64,000 bases of DNA from assembly GCA_964623985.1 (NCBI GenBank), contig CAZUXG010000002.1, positions 17,106 through 81,105 on the forward strand, read 5' to 3'. Below are positions 38,578 through 49,719 of the stretch, one piece after another. The notes under the pieces are model-generated. The model was not told the origin of the DNA. It searched no databases and saw nothing but the letters and a program-made list of their open reading frames with translations. The DNA is from an uncultured Thermodesulfobacteriota bacterium (GTDB taxonomy: Bacteria; Desulfobacterota; Anaeroferrophillalia; Anaeroferrophillales; Tharpellaceae). The first letter of the stretch is position 1. Every line of letters begins with the position of its first letter. The translations under genes were made by a program, and so were the position numbers.

Positions 38578-39219
38578 ATGAAAACTAAAGAGAGCAAGAT
38601 TCCGGAGGCGACCATTAAACGCCTCTCCTCATATATCAACTGTCTGGGAAGACTCCAGAACGAAAACAACCCGGTAACCTCTTCAGAAATGCTTGGCGAA
38701 TCATGCCAAGTCAGCCCGGCCCAAATCCGTAAAGACCTCTCTTACTTTGGTGAATTCGGCGTTCGTGGCGTCGGCTATGACACTGAAAAACTATTAAGCG
38801 AGATCAAAGAGATCCTGGGCCTTAACCACAATTGGCCAACCACTGTGGTTGGGGTCGGAAAAATGGGACAAGCTTTGCTCAATTTTGCTTTTTTCAGTAA
38901 ACATGGCTTTCGTATAATCGCCGCATTTGACAGCGATAAAAATAAAATCGGTAATGAACTTGCCCATGGCGTAACCATTCTACCGACAACCGAGATCGAA
39001 AAAACCGTCAAAAATAAAAAAATTACCATCGGCATCATCACTACTCCGGCCGACTCCGCCCAAGAGGTCGCTGACAAACTCGTGGCCGGCGGCATCAAAG
39101 GCCTGCTCAATTTTGCCCCTATCAAGGTTAAGGTTCCCGAGACGATCACCTTACGCAACGTCTCGATCACCAGTGAACTTGATAATCTGGCTTATCTCCT
39201 GACCCAGAAAAAACGCTGA
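38578..39219 (+). CDS. rex: Redox-sensing transcriptional repressor Rex
   Basis: 213 aa. Winged-helix N-terminus (KRLSSYINCL) and Rossmann NADH-binding GVGKMGQAL. Confidence 0.85.
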   Translation: MKTKESKIPEATIKRLSSYINCLGRLQNENNPVTSSEMLGESCQVSPAQIRKDLSYFGEFGVRGVGYDTEKLLSEIKEILGLNHNWPTTVVGVGKMGQALLNFAFFSKHGFRIIAAFDSDKNKIGNELAHGVTILPTTEIEKTVKNKKITIGIITTPADSAQEVADKLVAGGIKGLLNFAPIKVKVPETITLRNVSITSELDNLAYLLTQKKR

Positions 39220-39269
39220 AATAACAATGCAAAGTTCAGGATTCTAGGGTTGAAAAACTCCTCTTTAAC

Positions 39270-42077
39270 CTAACCCGGCAACACCTCTCGCAGACATTGA
39301 CCGGTTGCCGAGTCTGACACTTGCGCCACCTCTTCCGGAGTCCCGCAAGCAACCAGTCGACCGCCGCCAACTCCGCCATCGGGACCCAGATCGATGAGAT
39401 AGTCAGCCGCCTTTATAATATCAAGATTGTGTTCGATAACAATTACCGAATTACTTTCGGTCACCAGCCTCTGCAAGACCTTGAGCAATTGTTTTACATC
39501 ATGAAAATGGAGTCCGGTTGTCGGCTCATCGAGCAAAAACAGGGTCCGGCCGGTTGCCCGCTTGGCCAGTTCACGTGCCAGTTTAACCCGTTGTGCCTCA
39601 CCCCCAGAGAGGGTCACCGCACCCTGCCCCAAAGTCATGTAACCGAGACCGACATCCTTTAAAACCCCAAGTTTACCGATCACCTTAGGAATTGCGGCAA
39701 AAAATTCAGCCGCCTGATTAATGGTCATGTCCAACACTTCGGCAATATTCGCCCCTTTATAACGTATCTCCAGTACCTCTCGGGTAAAACGCCGGCCGTT
39801 GCAAGAGTCGCATTTGACAAAGATGTCGGGTAAAAAATGCATCTCAACCCGGGTCACACCATCCCCCTTGCAAGCTTCGCAGCGGCCCCCCTTGACATTA
39901 AAACTGAATCGTCCCGGATTATAACCCCGCGTTCTGGCCTCCGGTAAACCGGCAAAAAGTTCACGAATCGGCGTAAAGAGACCAGTGTAGGTCGCCGGAT
40001 TAGAGCGCGGCGTCCGCCCGATCGGGCTTTGGTCGATACTGATCACTTTATCGAGCTGATCGAGACCACTGATCTCCTGAAAAGTTCCAACCGGGAAACG
40101 GTCACCGTAAAGATGATTGTGGAGAGCCGGATAGAGGGTCTCATTTATCAAGCTGCTTTTCCCGGACCCTGAAACCCCGGTCACGCAAAGCAGCAAACCA
40201 AGAGGAAATTCGACATCAATCTCCTGGAGATTGTGCTGAGCTACTCCCTTAATAACGATACACCGCTGCCGATCAACCGTTCTCCGTTCCGGAAGCTCTA
40301 TTTTTTTTCGGCCCGAGAGATAGAGCCCAGTCAATGAATCTCCGGCTGCGACCTCCTCAGGTCGCCCCTGGGCGACAACCTCACCACCTAGACGGCCGGC
40401 CCCGGGCCCCATATCGATAACTTGGTCAGCCGCCATGATTGTCTCCTGATCATGTTCAACCACCAGCAATGAATTACCCAGGTCACGCAGTTTCATTAAA
40501 GCCTGAAGAAGACGGCGATTATCTCGCTGATGCAGACCGATACTGGGTTCGTCAAGAACATAGAGAACCCCGGTCAACCCCGAGCCGATCTGGGTCGCCA
40601 GCCGGATTCGTTGCGACTCCCCGCCGGAAAGCGTGGCACTGGCCCGTTCCAGACTTAAATAGTCAAGGCCGACATCAATCAGAAACTGCAAGCGAGCGTA
40701 AAGCTCACCAAGAATCCGCCGGGCTACAACCTGTTGAGCCGGCGGCAGCTTAAGAGCAGTCAAAAATTTAAGGGTCTGGGGTAACGAATAGCAGGTTAGT
40801 TCATAAATATTTAAACCTGACACTTTAACCTGCAAACTCTCCTGATTTAAACGGCTACCGTGACAAAGAGAACAGAGTTGTGGTGAAAGATAACGCAAAA
40901 ACTCACTGTCATGCTCACCAGCAGCCTTCTCATAGCGCCTTTTTAAACTGGGGATGACCCCTTCAAATTTTCTCTCAGGAGAGTGCTGATAACGTCCATC
41001 GGCAAGCAAACCGGGGATTTTGTCCCGCCCCGACCCCGAAAAAATTATCTTCTTGATCTTTTGCGAAAGCTTGGCAAAAGGAACCATCAACGAAAAATCG
41101 TAATGCCGAGAGAGCGGCTCCAAAACTTCACTGCGATAGAAAGAGAGTGATTTGCGCCAGGGGGCGAGGGCCCCCTCGGCGAGGCTTAAAGATGGATCGG
41201 GAACAATCAACTCGACATCAAAAACCAGATCCCGCCCCAGACCGCTGCACTCGGGACAGGCACCATGCGGATTATTAAAGGAGAACAGACGCGGTGAAAG
41301 CTCGGCAAAACTGATGCCGCAATCACTACAGGCCAGACGGCGGGAAAAAAGTTGGCGTTCCCCGTTTACGACCTGCACCGCTACCAGATCGTCAGCTTTG
41401 TCCAGCGCCAGCTCCAGCGAATCAACCAGACGGCTACGACTTTCTAAATTGACAACCAGACGATCGACCACCAAAGAGATATCATGGTAACGCTGGCGGT
41501 CAAGAAGAGGCGGAGAATCAAGCCGATAAATTTCACCATCCACCTCAATGCGCAAAAACCCCTGACTCAGCAAATCACTAAAAAGTTTGCGATACTCTCC
41601 TTTGCGGCGGCGCACGAGCGGAGCCATAATCATCAATTTGGTTCCAACCGGCATTCTTTCAATTGCATCAGCTATCTGGTCGACCGTTTGTGAAGTGATC
41701 GGCTGACCACATTTAGCACAGTAAGCAACCCCGACCCGAGCGTAGAGCAGGCGCAGATAATCATAAATTTCGGTCACCGTCCCCACGGTTGAACGAGGGT
41801 TATGAGAAACCTTTTTCTGATCGATCGAGATCGCCGGCGAGAGTCCCAAAATCTCATCTACATCAGGTTTTTCCATAAGCTGCAGAAACTGCCGGGCGTA
41901 GGCCGACAGAGACTCAACATAGCGTCTTTGCCCCTCAGCATAAACCGTATCAAAGGCCAGTGATGATTTGCCGGAACCACTCAAGCCAGTTATAACCACA
42001 AACTGCCGCCGGGGAATGACTAGGCTGATATTTTTAAGGTTATGTTCCCGAGCACCTTTAATTACAATTTCTTCCAC
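39270..42077 (-). CDS. uvrA: Excinuclease ABC subunit A
   Basis: 935 aa with two ABC ATPase modules ([27 protein letters not shown]) and zinc-finger inserts. Confidence 0.9.
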   Translation of the reverse strand: MEEIVIKGAREHNLKNISLVIPRRQFVVITGLSGSGKSSLAFDTVYAEGQRRYVESLSAYARQFLQLMEKPDVDEILGLSPAISIDQKKVSHNPRSTVGTVTEIYDYLRLLYARVGVAYCAKCGQPITSQTVDQIADAIERMPVGTKLMIMAPLVRRRKGEYRKLFSDLLSQGFLRIEVDGEIYRLDSPPLLDRQRYHDISLVVDRLVVNLESRSRLVDSLELALDKADDLVAVQVVNGERQLFSRRLACSDCGISFAELSPRLFSFNNPHGACPECSGLGRDLVFDVELIVPDPSLSLAEGALAPWRKSLSFYRSEVLEPLSRHYDFSLMVPFAKLSQKIKKIIFSGSGRDKIPGLLADGRYQHSPERKFEGVIPSLKRRYEKAAGEHDSEFLRYLSPQLCSLCHGSRLNQESLQVKVSGLNIYELTCYSLPQTLKFLTALKLPPAQQVVARRILGELYARLQFLIDVGLDYLSLERASATLSGGESQRIRLATQIGSGLTGVLYVLDEPSIGLHQRDNRRLLQALMKLRDLGNSLLVVEHDQETIMAADQVIDMGPGAGRLGGEVVAQGRPEEVAAGDSLTGLYLSGRKKIELPERRTVDRQRCIVIKGVAQHNLQEIDVEFPLGLLLCVTGVSGSGKSSLINETLYPALHNHLYGDRFPVGTFQEISGLDQLDKVISIDQSPIGRTPRSNPATYTGLFTPIRELFAGLPEARTRGYNPGRFSFNVKGGRCEACKGDGVTRVEMHFLPDIFVKCDSCNGRRFTREVLEIRYKGANIAEVLDMTINQAAEFFAAIPKVIGKLGVLKDVGLGYMTLGQGAVTLSGGEAQRVKLARELAKRATGRTLFLLDEPTTGLHFHDVKQLLKVLQRLVTESNSVIVIEHNLDIIKAADYLIDLGPDGGVGGGRLVACGTPEEVAQVSDSATGQCLREVLPG

Positions 42078-42194
42078 GCTACATTCTCAAAATATTAGAA
42101 AAAAGTTGGTTAGATTTTTCTTGAAAAACCTGAATTATTCAATTAACCTTACATATATTTTACAATACCGCAACCATAAGTCTAAGGAGCATCC

Positions 42195-43529
42195 ATGACA
42201 ATCACTGGCCTGCGATTTTTAACTTTTATTTCGATCTTTTCCTGCCTTTTTCTTCCCTCTGCAGGCCAAACTGGAGAAACTGATTTCCGCCTCATATATA
42301 TAGGTTCTCTCTCAGGCTATGTCAATCTTTGCGGTTGACATAAGAAACAGGTGGGCGGTCTAGCCCGCCAGAAAATGGTGATCGATCTTCTGCGTCAGGA
42401 CGCAGGCACAGGAAAAAGCCTGTTTATCAACAGTGGGAACCTGACCAAAAGGACCACCAAGAATGATTTTGAGATTAAACGCCAAGTCATCAAAACCGCC
42501 CTTAAAAGCTATGAAATTATCGACACTGAAATCTTCACCCCGGGAACCCAAGAATTGATTTACGGACGGCAGATGATGAACTCACTAAAAATTAATGCCC
42601 CCAAGAGTACCATTCTTTGCGGCAACCTGGACGGAGTGCCGATTCCGGGAATCGAAACTCATAAAGTTTTCACCATCAACAATAAGAAGATCCTGGTTAC
42701 GGCGATCATCGATCCGGACCTTGAAAAAAAGGCGATTCACGGACTGCGGACCAAGGATCCATTTGCAATTCTGGAGGAGATCCTCAAAACTCCGCACGAC
42801 CTGGCCATTGCAGTCCTGCACTTTTCCGACGCCAAAGCCCACCAACTCATCCGCCGCATTGCCGGTCTTGATATAGCTATCCTGGGAACCCAGCGGGGAA
42901 CTATACAGGGGAGCAAACTCGTTAATGGATGCTGGCTGATTAAAAACAATAACCAAGGGAAAACTATCGGCTATCTGGATTGGGATTTTACGGCTGAATC
43001 TCCGACAACCACCAAACTCATCACGGTCGATAAAAAGACGTATGAAACCGACCAGAGGATTGTCAATCTGGTCAGTGACTATGAGACCTGGCTGCGGCAG
43101 CACTATATCGAAGTGGAAAAAAGCAAAAAGAAAACAACCACTGAACTGCCCGCCAAAGTCCCCTATGTCGGCAGCCAGACCTGCGGTACCTGCCATCCCA
43201 AGATTACCGCCTCATGGAAAAACACCAAACATGCCCGGGCCTACGCCAGCCTAGAAAAAAAGTGCAGGGACTTCTGCCCAGACTGTCTATTCTGTCACGT
43301 CACCGGCAGCCCGGAACATGGCAAACAAGGCTTTCGTTCACCAACAGCCACTCCGCATCTCTTCAACATCCAGTGCGAGGAGTGCCACGGCCCAGCCGAG
43401 AAACATCTCAAAAATCCGAACCGCCCTTATGGTCTGGAAATTAAAGCTTTGACCTGCACCATCTGCCACACAGCCAATACCGACCCGGAGTTCTCTTTTG
43501 AAAAAGATCTGAAGCTAATTGATCACTAA
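42195..43529 (+). CDS. Secreted tetrahaem c-type cytochrome fused to a degenerate 5'-nucleotidase/metallophosphatase-like domain; one in-frame UGA at 42336-42338 (candidate selenocysteine, or a pseudogene)
   Basis: AAGGAG RBS, then ATG 42195, encoding a Sec signal peptide [25 protein letters not shown]. It is in frame, through a single TGA, with the ORF 42351-43529. That ORF has a UshA-like pattern ([23 protein letters not shown]) lacking the metal ligands, and four CxxCH motifs (CGTCH, CLFCH, CEECH, CTICH). Confidence 0.5.
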
Positions 43530-43626
43530 AAAAGCAGTCGTCAATGTGAAAAGCACTTTTTTATTTTCTTTGCAACATATATCAAGACATACTTCACTGT
43601 GAATCACAAAAATTTGCAATTATAAC

Positions 43627-43668
43627 CAAAAAAAGAAACCGGGAGTGCATAACCCACTCCCGGTTTCT
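43627..43668 (-). terminator. Rho-independent terminator downstream of the acyl-CoA synthetase gene (may act bidirectionally)
   Basis: AGAAACCGGGAGTG-cataacc-CACTCCCGGTTTCT is a 14 bp stem. A T-run follows on the minus strand (A7 on the plus strand). Confidence 0.65.
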
Positions 43669-43700
43669 TTAATCAGCAATAGCCAAGTTGACAAATATTA

Positions 43701-45281
43701 CTAGACCAGACTCTGAAAGGCCTCCTTGCGACCAGTATATTTCTCCCGCATCTGGGGCTTCATCAGTTTACCGGTCGGATTTCGCATTACCTGATCAAAC
43801 TTGACAACCCGAGGTAATTTATAGGTCGCAAGTCGATCTTTGGTAAAATTAAGCAGTTCTTCAGAGGTCAGGGCCCGCCCCTCTTTCAGCTGAACAATGA
43901 CCATCACCGCCTCAACCAGGCGTTCGTCCGGGGTCCCGATACAGGCTACATCATCAATATCAGGATGTTCCATTAAGACATCTTCAATTTCGACCGGAAA
44001 AATATTTTCGCCACCACAGGTAATCATATCTTTCTTGCGATCGACGATATAGTAGTAACCATCGTCATCGGTCTTCAAAAGATCCCCGGTATAGAGCCAG
44101 CCATTCTTTAAAAAATCAGCCGTCATCTCGGGGTTACCAAAATAACCCTTCATCATCCGGGGGGTCTTAAAGATCAGCTCGCCAACCTCTTCTGGACCAA
44201 CTTCATTACCGGCAAAATCAACCAGTTGGGCTTCAACACCAAACGTCGGCTTACCGATCGAGCCAGGCCGCTCCAGAACTTCATCAGGATAGAGGTTAAA
44301 GGAGCCACCCCCACCGCCTTCGGTAATACCGTAGATATTTGAAACCCCGCAAGGCAGGATTTTAACTAGCCGTTTCATAACATCAAAAGGCACCGGTTGA
44401 GCCCCGATTTCCATATATCTCCAGCTCGAAAGATCGTAGTCTTCAAGTTTGATATCACCCTTATCAATCGCATTAAGAATCGCAACCGCAATCGGTACGA
44501 CAAAAAGGACATCGGTCGCCTGCTCTTCGGCTAGGGCTTCGATAATCCATTTAGGATCCTTAAGATCTCTTAGAATTGTCCCGGTAGCTCCAGTAGCATA
44601 AAAAGGAGCCCAAAGAAACATCGTACCACTATGATAGAGAGGCAGGAAGAAGAGATAGTTATCATTCTTTTCAATAAAATAACTCATCCCATTACCAATT
44701 GCTGTACTATTCAACGAAAAGTGGGTGTGGAGCACCGGTTTGGGTTTGCCGGTAGTCCCAGAAGTAAACATCATCGCCAGATCAGTATCGTCGGTAACCT
44801 CGACCAAAGCTTCGGAAGTATCGTCGTGGGCTGCCAGTTCTCGATAATCAAGCATCCCATCACCAATTTTATCACCAACACAAACAAAGTGCTCAATCGT
44901 CGTCAACGCTTCCCGAACCGGCTCCACAACCGACAAAAATTCGGATCCGAATATAAAGACTTTAGGACTCGATACCTCGGCTGCAAACTTGATATCATTG
45001 CCGACAAAACGGAAATTGAGTGGTACCACAACGCCACCGAGCTTGATAATGGCATAGTAACTGACCAACCACTCAAAGCTGTTGTTCTGTAGGTGCATAA
45101 CATAGTCACCCTGCTTGACGCCTAACTTCTTACTCAAATAGTTGGCAACCCGGTTGATCGCTTGATTAAACTCTTTCCAGGTCAAAGTACGCCGCTCACC
45201 GGTCGCCGGGGTTCGCTCAATTAAACAGATCTTTTCAGGCAGATGGCGGGCATGCAGGCAGGCATAGTTGGCATAATTCAT
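43701..45281 (-). CDS. AMP-dependent synthetase/ligase (acyl-CoA synthetase family)
   Basis: AMP-binding motif MFTSGTTGKPKPV, and YGITE and GWLYTGD motifs. Start set at the ATG with AAGGAG 10 nt upstream, three codons inside the GTG-initiated ORF. Confidence 0.8.
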   Translation of the reverse strand: MNYANYACLHARHLPEKICLIERTPATGERRTLTWKEFNQAINRVANYLSKKLGVKQGDYVMHLQNNSFEWLVSYYAIIKLGGVVVPLNFRFVGNDIKFAAEVSSPKVFIFGSEFLSVVEPVREALTTIEHFVCVGDKIGDGMLDYRELAAHDDTSEALVEVTDDTDLAMMFTSGTTGKPKPVLHTHFSLNSTAIGNGMSYFIEKNDNYLFFLPLYHSGTMFLWAPFYATGATGTILRDLKDPKWIIEALAEEQATDVLFVVPIAVAILNAIDKGDIKLEDYDLSSWRYMEIGAQPVPFDVMKRLVKILPCGVSNIYGITEGGGGGSFNLYPDEVLERPGSIGKPTFGVEAQLVDFAGNEVGPEEVGELIFKTPRMMKGYFGNPEMTADFLKNGWLYTGDLLKTDDDGYYYIVDRKKDMITCGGENIFPVEIEDVLMEHPDIDDVACIGTPDERLVEAVMVIVQLKEGRALTSEELLNFTKDRLATYKLPRVVKFDQVMRNPTGKLMKPQMREKYTGRKEAFQSLV

Positions 45282-45341
45282 CGTTCTCACACTCCTTCTT
45301 TAGAGAAATTATAACTTTGATTCATTCGTAAAAAGTCTCAG

Positions 45342-45494
45342 GATGGTGTCGTAAAAATTTCGATATAAAAGAAGTCATAGGCTTTCAGGTGTGAGACCAT
45401 ACATTTAGTATGTCGAGTGTCTGAAAAACCGTACGCCTCACAGGAAGTGCCCTTGGGGTACAACGTAATAGATCAAAATTTTTACGACACCATC
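45342..45494. repeat. MITE-like element: 19 bp perfect terminal inverted repeats enclosing about 115 bp with nested imperfect palindromes
   Basis: GATGGTGTCGTAAAAATTT at 45342-45360 and AAATTTTTACGACACCATC at 45476-45494. The interior contains CAGGTGTGAG/CTCACAGGAAG and CATACATTTAGTATG sub-palindromes. Confidence 0.5.
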
Positions 45495-45662
45495 AACTTT
45501 AAAACAAAGTACTAACAGCAAGAACCGTACTACAACAAGTAAATTTATCTCACTAATAAAAAGTGTTTTGGTAACGATTCCGGCCTACTTCACTACCCGG
45601 TAAGAAGTCTGGGGTTCTTTTTGCACCATGAGTGATAGCAAACAAGAACTTTTGGGGGTCTG

Positions 45663-46871
45663 CTAACTACGGTAGTCGGCATTAATCGAGATGTACTCAT
45701 GGGTCAGATCGGAAGTTAACATGGTGAATTCATCTTCACCTGATTGAAGGTCAATTTTCACCGCAAATTCGGGGCGCCGCAAAACCGCCGCGCCATCTGC
45801 TTCACGATAGTCCGGATCACGAACCCCGCCACTGACAACCCTGACCTGATCAAAACTGATGTTAACCAACTCAGGATTGATCTCGACTCCGGCGTAACCG
45901 ACAGCCGCAATGATCCGTCCCCAATTAGCATCCTGACCGAAAAAAGCGGTCTTGACCAGGGCTGAATTGGCCACTGCCCGACAAATTTTTTCGGCCACCA
46001 CAACCCCTGACGCCCCGGTGACGGTAACCTCAACCACCTTAGTAGCCCCTTCGCCATCTTTGACAATCATCAAGGCCAGCTCACGTGCTATTTGCAAAAG
46101 ACCGTCCTCTAAAACTTCAAGGTCAGAGGAACTCGTCAAACAACAACCGGAAACCCCGTTGGCCAGTGCCAGAACCGTATCATTGGTGCTCATATCGCCG
46201 TCGACACTGATCCGGTTAAAGCTCTTATCAACCACCCTCCACAACATAGCCTGCCAGATTTGCCGATCAATTTCGGCATCTGTCAGAAGATAGGCAAGCA
46301 TAGTCGCCATATCAGGATGAATCATGCCGGCACCTTTGGCGATCCCGGTCAAAATCACCCGTCCCTTACTGGTTACGACTTCGATCCCGGCAATTTTTGA
46401 CACCTTGTCGGTTGTCATAATCGCCCGAGCTGCGGCGTCCAAAGCTTCTTTTTGAGTAATTTTACCCTCTAGATCACCGACCAGAGCCTCAACCCCTCTA
46501 AGAACCGTGGTCACCGGAAAAGGTTCACCAATTACCCCGGTTGAGGAGATAAAAATCTCCTCACGCGTAAGTTCCAGGGCCGCCGCTAGAACCTCAGCGA
46601 TCGTCATCACATCAATTTCACCCTGATGACCGGTACAAGCATTGGCGTTGCCGCTGTTGATCAGGACGGCGCGCAGATCATGACCTTCAGCTATCTGTTT
46701 GCGACCATAAATAACCGGGGCTGCAGGGAAACGATTTTTGGTAAAAACTGCAGCCGCAACTGCGGGACAAGAACTCAGCAACAACGCCAGATCAAGTGCG
46801 TCGCCCGCTTTCAGGCCACAATGAATACCGACAAATTGATAACCGGGACATATTTTTATATTTTCAGACAT
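45663..46871 (-). CDS. argJ: Bifunctional glutamate N-acetyltransferase / amino-acid acetyltransferase ArgJ
   Basis: 402 aa. ATML autoproteolytic site (PDMATMLAYLLTDA) typical of ArgJ. Confidence 0.85.
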   Translation of the reverse strand: MSENIKICPGYQFVGIHCGLKAGDALDLALLLSSCPAVAAAVFTKNRFPAAPVIYGRKQIAEGHDLRAVLINSGNANACTGHQGEIDVMTIAEVLAAALELTREEIFISSTGVIGEPFPVTTVLRGVEALVGDLEGKITQKEALDAAARAIMTTDKVSKIAGIEVVTSKGRVILTGIAKGAGMIHPDMATMLAYLLTDAEIDRQIWQAMLWRVVDKSFNRISVDGDMSTNDTVLALANGVSGCCLTSSSDLEVLEDGLLQIARELALMIVKDGEGATKVVEVTVTGASGVVVAEKICRAVANSALVKTAFFGQDANWGRIIAAVGYAGVEINPELVNISFDQVRVVSGGVRDPDYREADGAAVLRRPEFAVKIDLQSGEDEFTMLTSDLTHEYISINADYRS

Positions 46872-46947
46872 TTTAAATACCTAACCCAGCGGAAAACCTT
46901 CTTACGAATAGATCATAACTTAAACTTCGAACGCTAAACTGCGAACC

Positions 46948-49608
46948 TTATTTCCCGCAACATTTTTTGTATTTTTTACCACTACCGCAGGGACAAAGGT
47001 CGTTACGACCAATCTTTTTACCGCTAACTATCGGCTTTCGTTTACCATCCTCACTCCGACCGCGACGCGAAAGAACTGTCTCATGCTCTTGACGGGCCTG
47101 CTGGTCAAGCTCCTCGACCTCCTCTTCCCGGGTCACCTGAATATGGAAAAGTTGACCGATAACATCTTCTTTGATACGTTCGATCATATCGGCAAACATC
47201 TCGAAACCTTCACGCTGATACTCACGCAAAGGATCTTTCTGCCCGTACCCGCGCAAGCCAATACCTTCCTTGAGCTGGTCGATTGCATAGAGATGATCTT
47301 TCCACAAATTATCTATGGTATGCAGGAGGATAATCTTTTCCAACTGACGCAAGGTTTCAGCACCCATCTCAACTTCCCTGGCGGCATAGCTTTTCCGCAC
47401 CAGCTCCTGCAACTCCTCGACAAGCATTTCAGCATCATCAAGAAGTGCCAGCTCCGACCCTTCAGAAAAATCGACGGCCAGACCAAATGAGCGCTGCAGG
47501 CCAAGCATCAAAGAATCAAAGTCCCATTCGGCGGCATTACGTGAGCCCCCGGTAGCGGCACTCAGCATCTCTTCGACAACATCCTCGGCATACTCGACAA
47601 CCAGTTCTTGAAGGTTCTCATTACCCAACACTTCGCGACGCAAGGCATAGATGGTTTCTCGCTGCTTGTTCATGACATCATCATATTCAAGCAGCTGCTT
47701 GCGGATATCAAAGTTGTGACCCTCGACCCGTCGCTGAGCATTTTCGATCGCCTTGGAAATCATCTTGTGCTCAATCGGCTCACCCTCTTCAATGCCCAGG
47801 GTATCCATAACCTTGGCAATGCGCTCGGAACCAAAAATCCGCATCAGGTCATCCTCTAGACTAAGATAGAAACGAGATGACCCGGGATCCCCCTGGCGAC
47901 CGGAACGCCCCCTTAACTGATTATCGATACGCCGACTTTCATGTCGTTCAGTGCCCAGAATATGCAGGCCTCCGGCCTTAAGAACCTCCTCACGTTCAGC
48001 TTCACATTGCTGCCGGTAACCAGCTATGACCTGCTCGCGCTCGCTAAGACTCATCTCATCATTCAATTTGGTCTTGGCCATCATCTCGGGATTGCCACCT
48101 AGTACGATATCAGTTCCACGCCCGGCCATATTGGTGGCAATAGTTACGGCCCCCTGGCGACCGGCCTGAGTAATAATCTCGGCCTCTTTCTCATGAAATT
48201 TGGCATTCAAAACTTCATGTCTAATCCCTTTACGCTTCAGCACCTTAGCTAAATGTTCAGAATCTTCAATCGAGATAGTTCCGACCAGGGCTGGCTGTCC
48301 AGCCTCATGACAGACAACAATCTCTTCAACAACAGCATTATATTTTTCCTTACCGGTCTTAAAAATCACATCAGGATTATCTTTCCTGATCATCGGCATG
48401 TTAGTGGGCACGACAACTACGGATAGACCATAGGTCTGGGAAAATTCAACGGCCTCGGTATCGGCAGTCCCGGTCATCCCGGCCAATTTATCATACATGC
48501 GAAAATAGTTCTGAAAAGTGACGCCCGCCAGGGTCTGATTCTCGCGCTCGATTTTGACCCCTTCTTTGGCTTCAAGAGCCTGATGCAGGCCATCACTATA
48601 GCGGCGCCCATCCATCAAGCGCCCGGTAAATTCATCGACAATAATAACCTTGTCATCCTTGACCACATAATCAACATCCCGCTTAAAAAGAACATGCGCT
48701 TTCAAGGCCTGATTAACATGATGCAGGGTCTCGATCTGAGCCGGTTCATAGAGATTATTGACCTTAAGCAGCTCTTCAACCCGAGCCACCCCGGCCTCCG
48801 TAAGGGTCGCTGAGCGACTTTTTTCATCAAGTTCATAATCGGTCGCTTCTGCCTGCGCCTGGTTACTCTGGATCAAGTTACGCATCGCTTTATCAATAAC
48901 ATAGTATTTTTCGGTACTGTCGTCGGTAGGTCCGGAGATAATCAACGGAGTTCGCGCCTCATCGATAAGAATACTGTCAACCTCATCGACAATCGCGTAA
49001 AAGAGCGGCCTCTGCGCGTAATCTTCAAGAGAAAATTTCATATTATCGCGGAGATAGTCAAAACCGAACTCATTATTGGTACCGTAGGTAATATCAGACC
49101 CATAAGCTTTCTGACGCTGCTGATCATCAAGCTCATGAAGGATAGTCCCAACCGAAAGTCCCAGAAATTCGTAAATGGTTCCCATCCAGGCAGCATCACG
49201 ACGAGCCAGATAATCATTTACGGTTACAATATGTACACCTTTACCAGCCAAAGCATTAAGGTAGACCGGCAGGGTCGCAGCCAAAGTTTTACCCTCCCCG
49301 GTTTTCATCTCGGCAATTTTGCCGTCGTGGAGAACGATGCCACCCATGATCTGGGAATCAAAATGGCGCATCCCCAAAGTTCGCATCGCGGCCTCACGAA
49401 CCACAGCAAAAGCTTCCGGCAAAAGCTCATCAAGGGTTTCACCCGCTTGAAAACGCGATTTTAACTCCAGGGTTTTACCCTGAAGCTGACTGTCCGAAAG
49501 AACTTTAAGCGCCTCCTCTTCCCGGTTCACCTGTTCAACAAGGATTTGCATACCCCTTATTTCACGATCATTTTTGCTACCAAATATTTTTTTCAGGATA
49601 TTTGCCAT
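46948..49608 (-). CDS. secA: Preprotein translocase ATPase SecA
   Basis: 886 aa. N-terminus [24 protein letters not shown]-like motor motifs and C-terminal zinc finger [14 protein letters not shown]. Confidence 0.9.
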   Translation of the reverse strand: MANILKKIFGSKNDREIRGMQILVEQVNREEEALKVLSDSQLQGKTLELKSRFQAGETLDELLPEAFAVVREAAMRTLGMRHFDSQIMGGIVLHDGKIAEMKTGEGKTLAATLPVYLNALAGKGVHIVTVNDYLARRDAAWMGTIYEFLGLSVGTILHELDDQQRQKAYGSDITYGTNNEFGFDYLRDNMKFSLEDYAQRPLFYAIVDEVDSILIDEARTPLIISGPTDDSTEKYYVIDKAMRNLIQSNQAQAEATDYELDEKSRSATLTEAGVARVEELLKVNNLYEPAQIETLHHVNQALKAHVLFKRDVDYVVKDDKVIIVDEFTGRLMDGRRYSDGLHQALEAKEGVKIERENQTLAGVTFQNYFRMYDKLAGMTGTADTEAVEFSQTYGLSVVVVPTNMPMIRKDNPDVIFKTGKEKYNAVVEEIVVCHEAGQPALVGTISIEDSEHLAKVLKRKGIRHEVLNAKFHEKEAEIITQAGRQGAVTIATNMAGRGTDIVLGGNPEMMAKTKLNDEMSLSEREQVIAGYRQQCEAEREEVLKAGGLHILGTERHESRRIDNQLRGRSGRQGDPGSSRFYLSLEDDLMRIFGSERIAKVMDTLGIEEGEPIEHKMISKAIENAQRRVEGHNFDIRKQLLEYDDVMNKQRETIYALRREVLGNENLQELVVEYAEDVVEEMLSAATGGSRNAAEWDFDSLMLGLQRSFGLAVDFSEGSELALLDDAEMLVEELQELVRKSYAAREVEMGAETLRQLEKIILLHTIDNLWKDHLYAIDQLKEGIGLRGYGQKDPLREYQREGFEMFADMIERIKEDVIGQLFHIQVTREEEVEELDQQARQEHETVLSRRGRSEDGKRKPIVSGKKIGRNDLCPCGSGKKYKKCCGK

Positions 49609-49719
49609 GAAACTTCAACCTCTTAAAATAAAAAGTCCTCGCAAAAAACGCCGACTAACGTTTACGAGGACCAACTGAACAGATGCATAACCGCCTAGAA
49701 TCCCAGGATGTCATGTACC

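Noticed and set aside
42585-43196. 203 aa minus-strand ORF
   Set aside because: Antisense to the cytochrome/5'-nucleotidase-like gene, whose CxxCH motifs and domain pattern support the plus strand.
44631-45092. 153 aa plus-strand ORF
   Set aside because: Antisense within the acyl-CoA synthetase gene, whose AMP-binding motifs support the minus strand.
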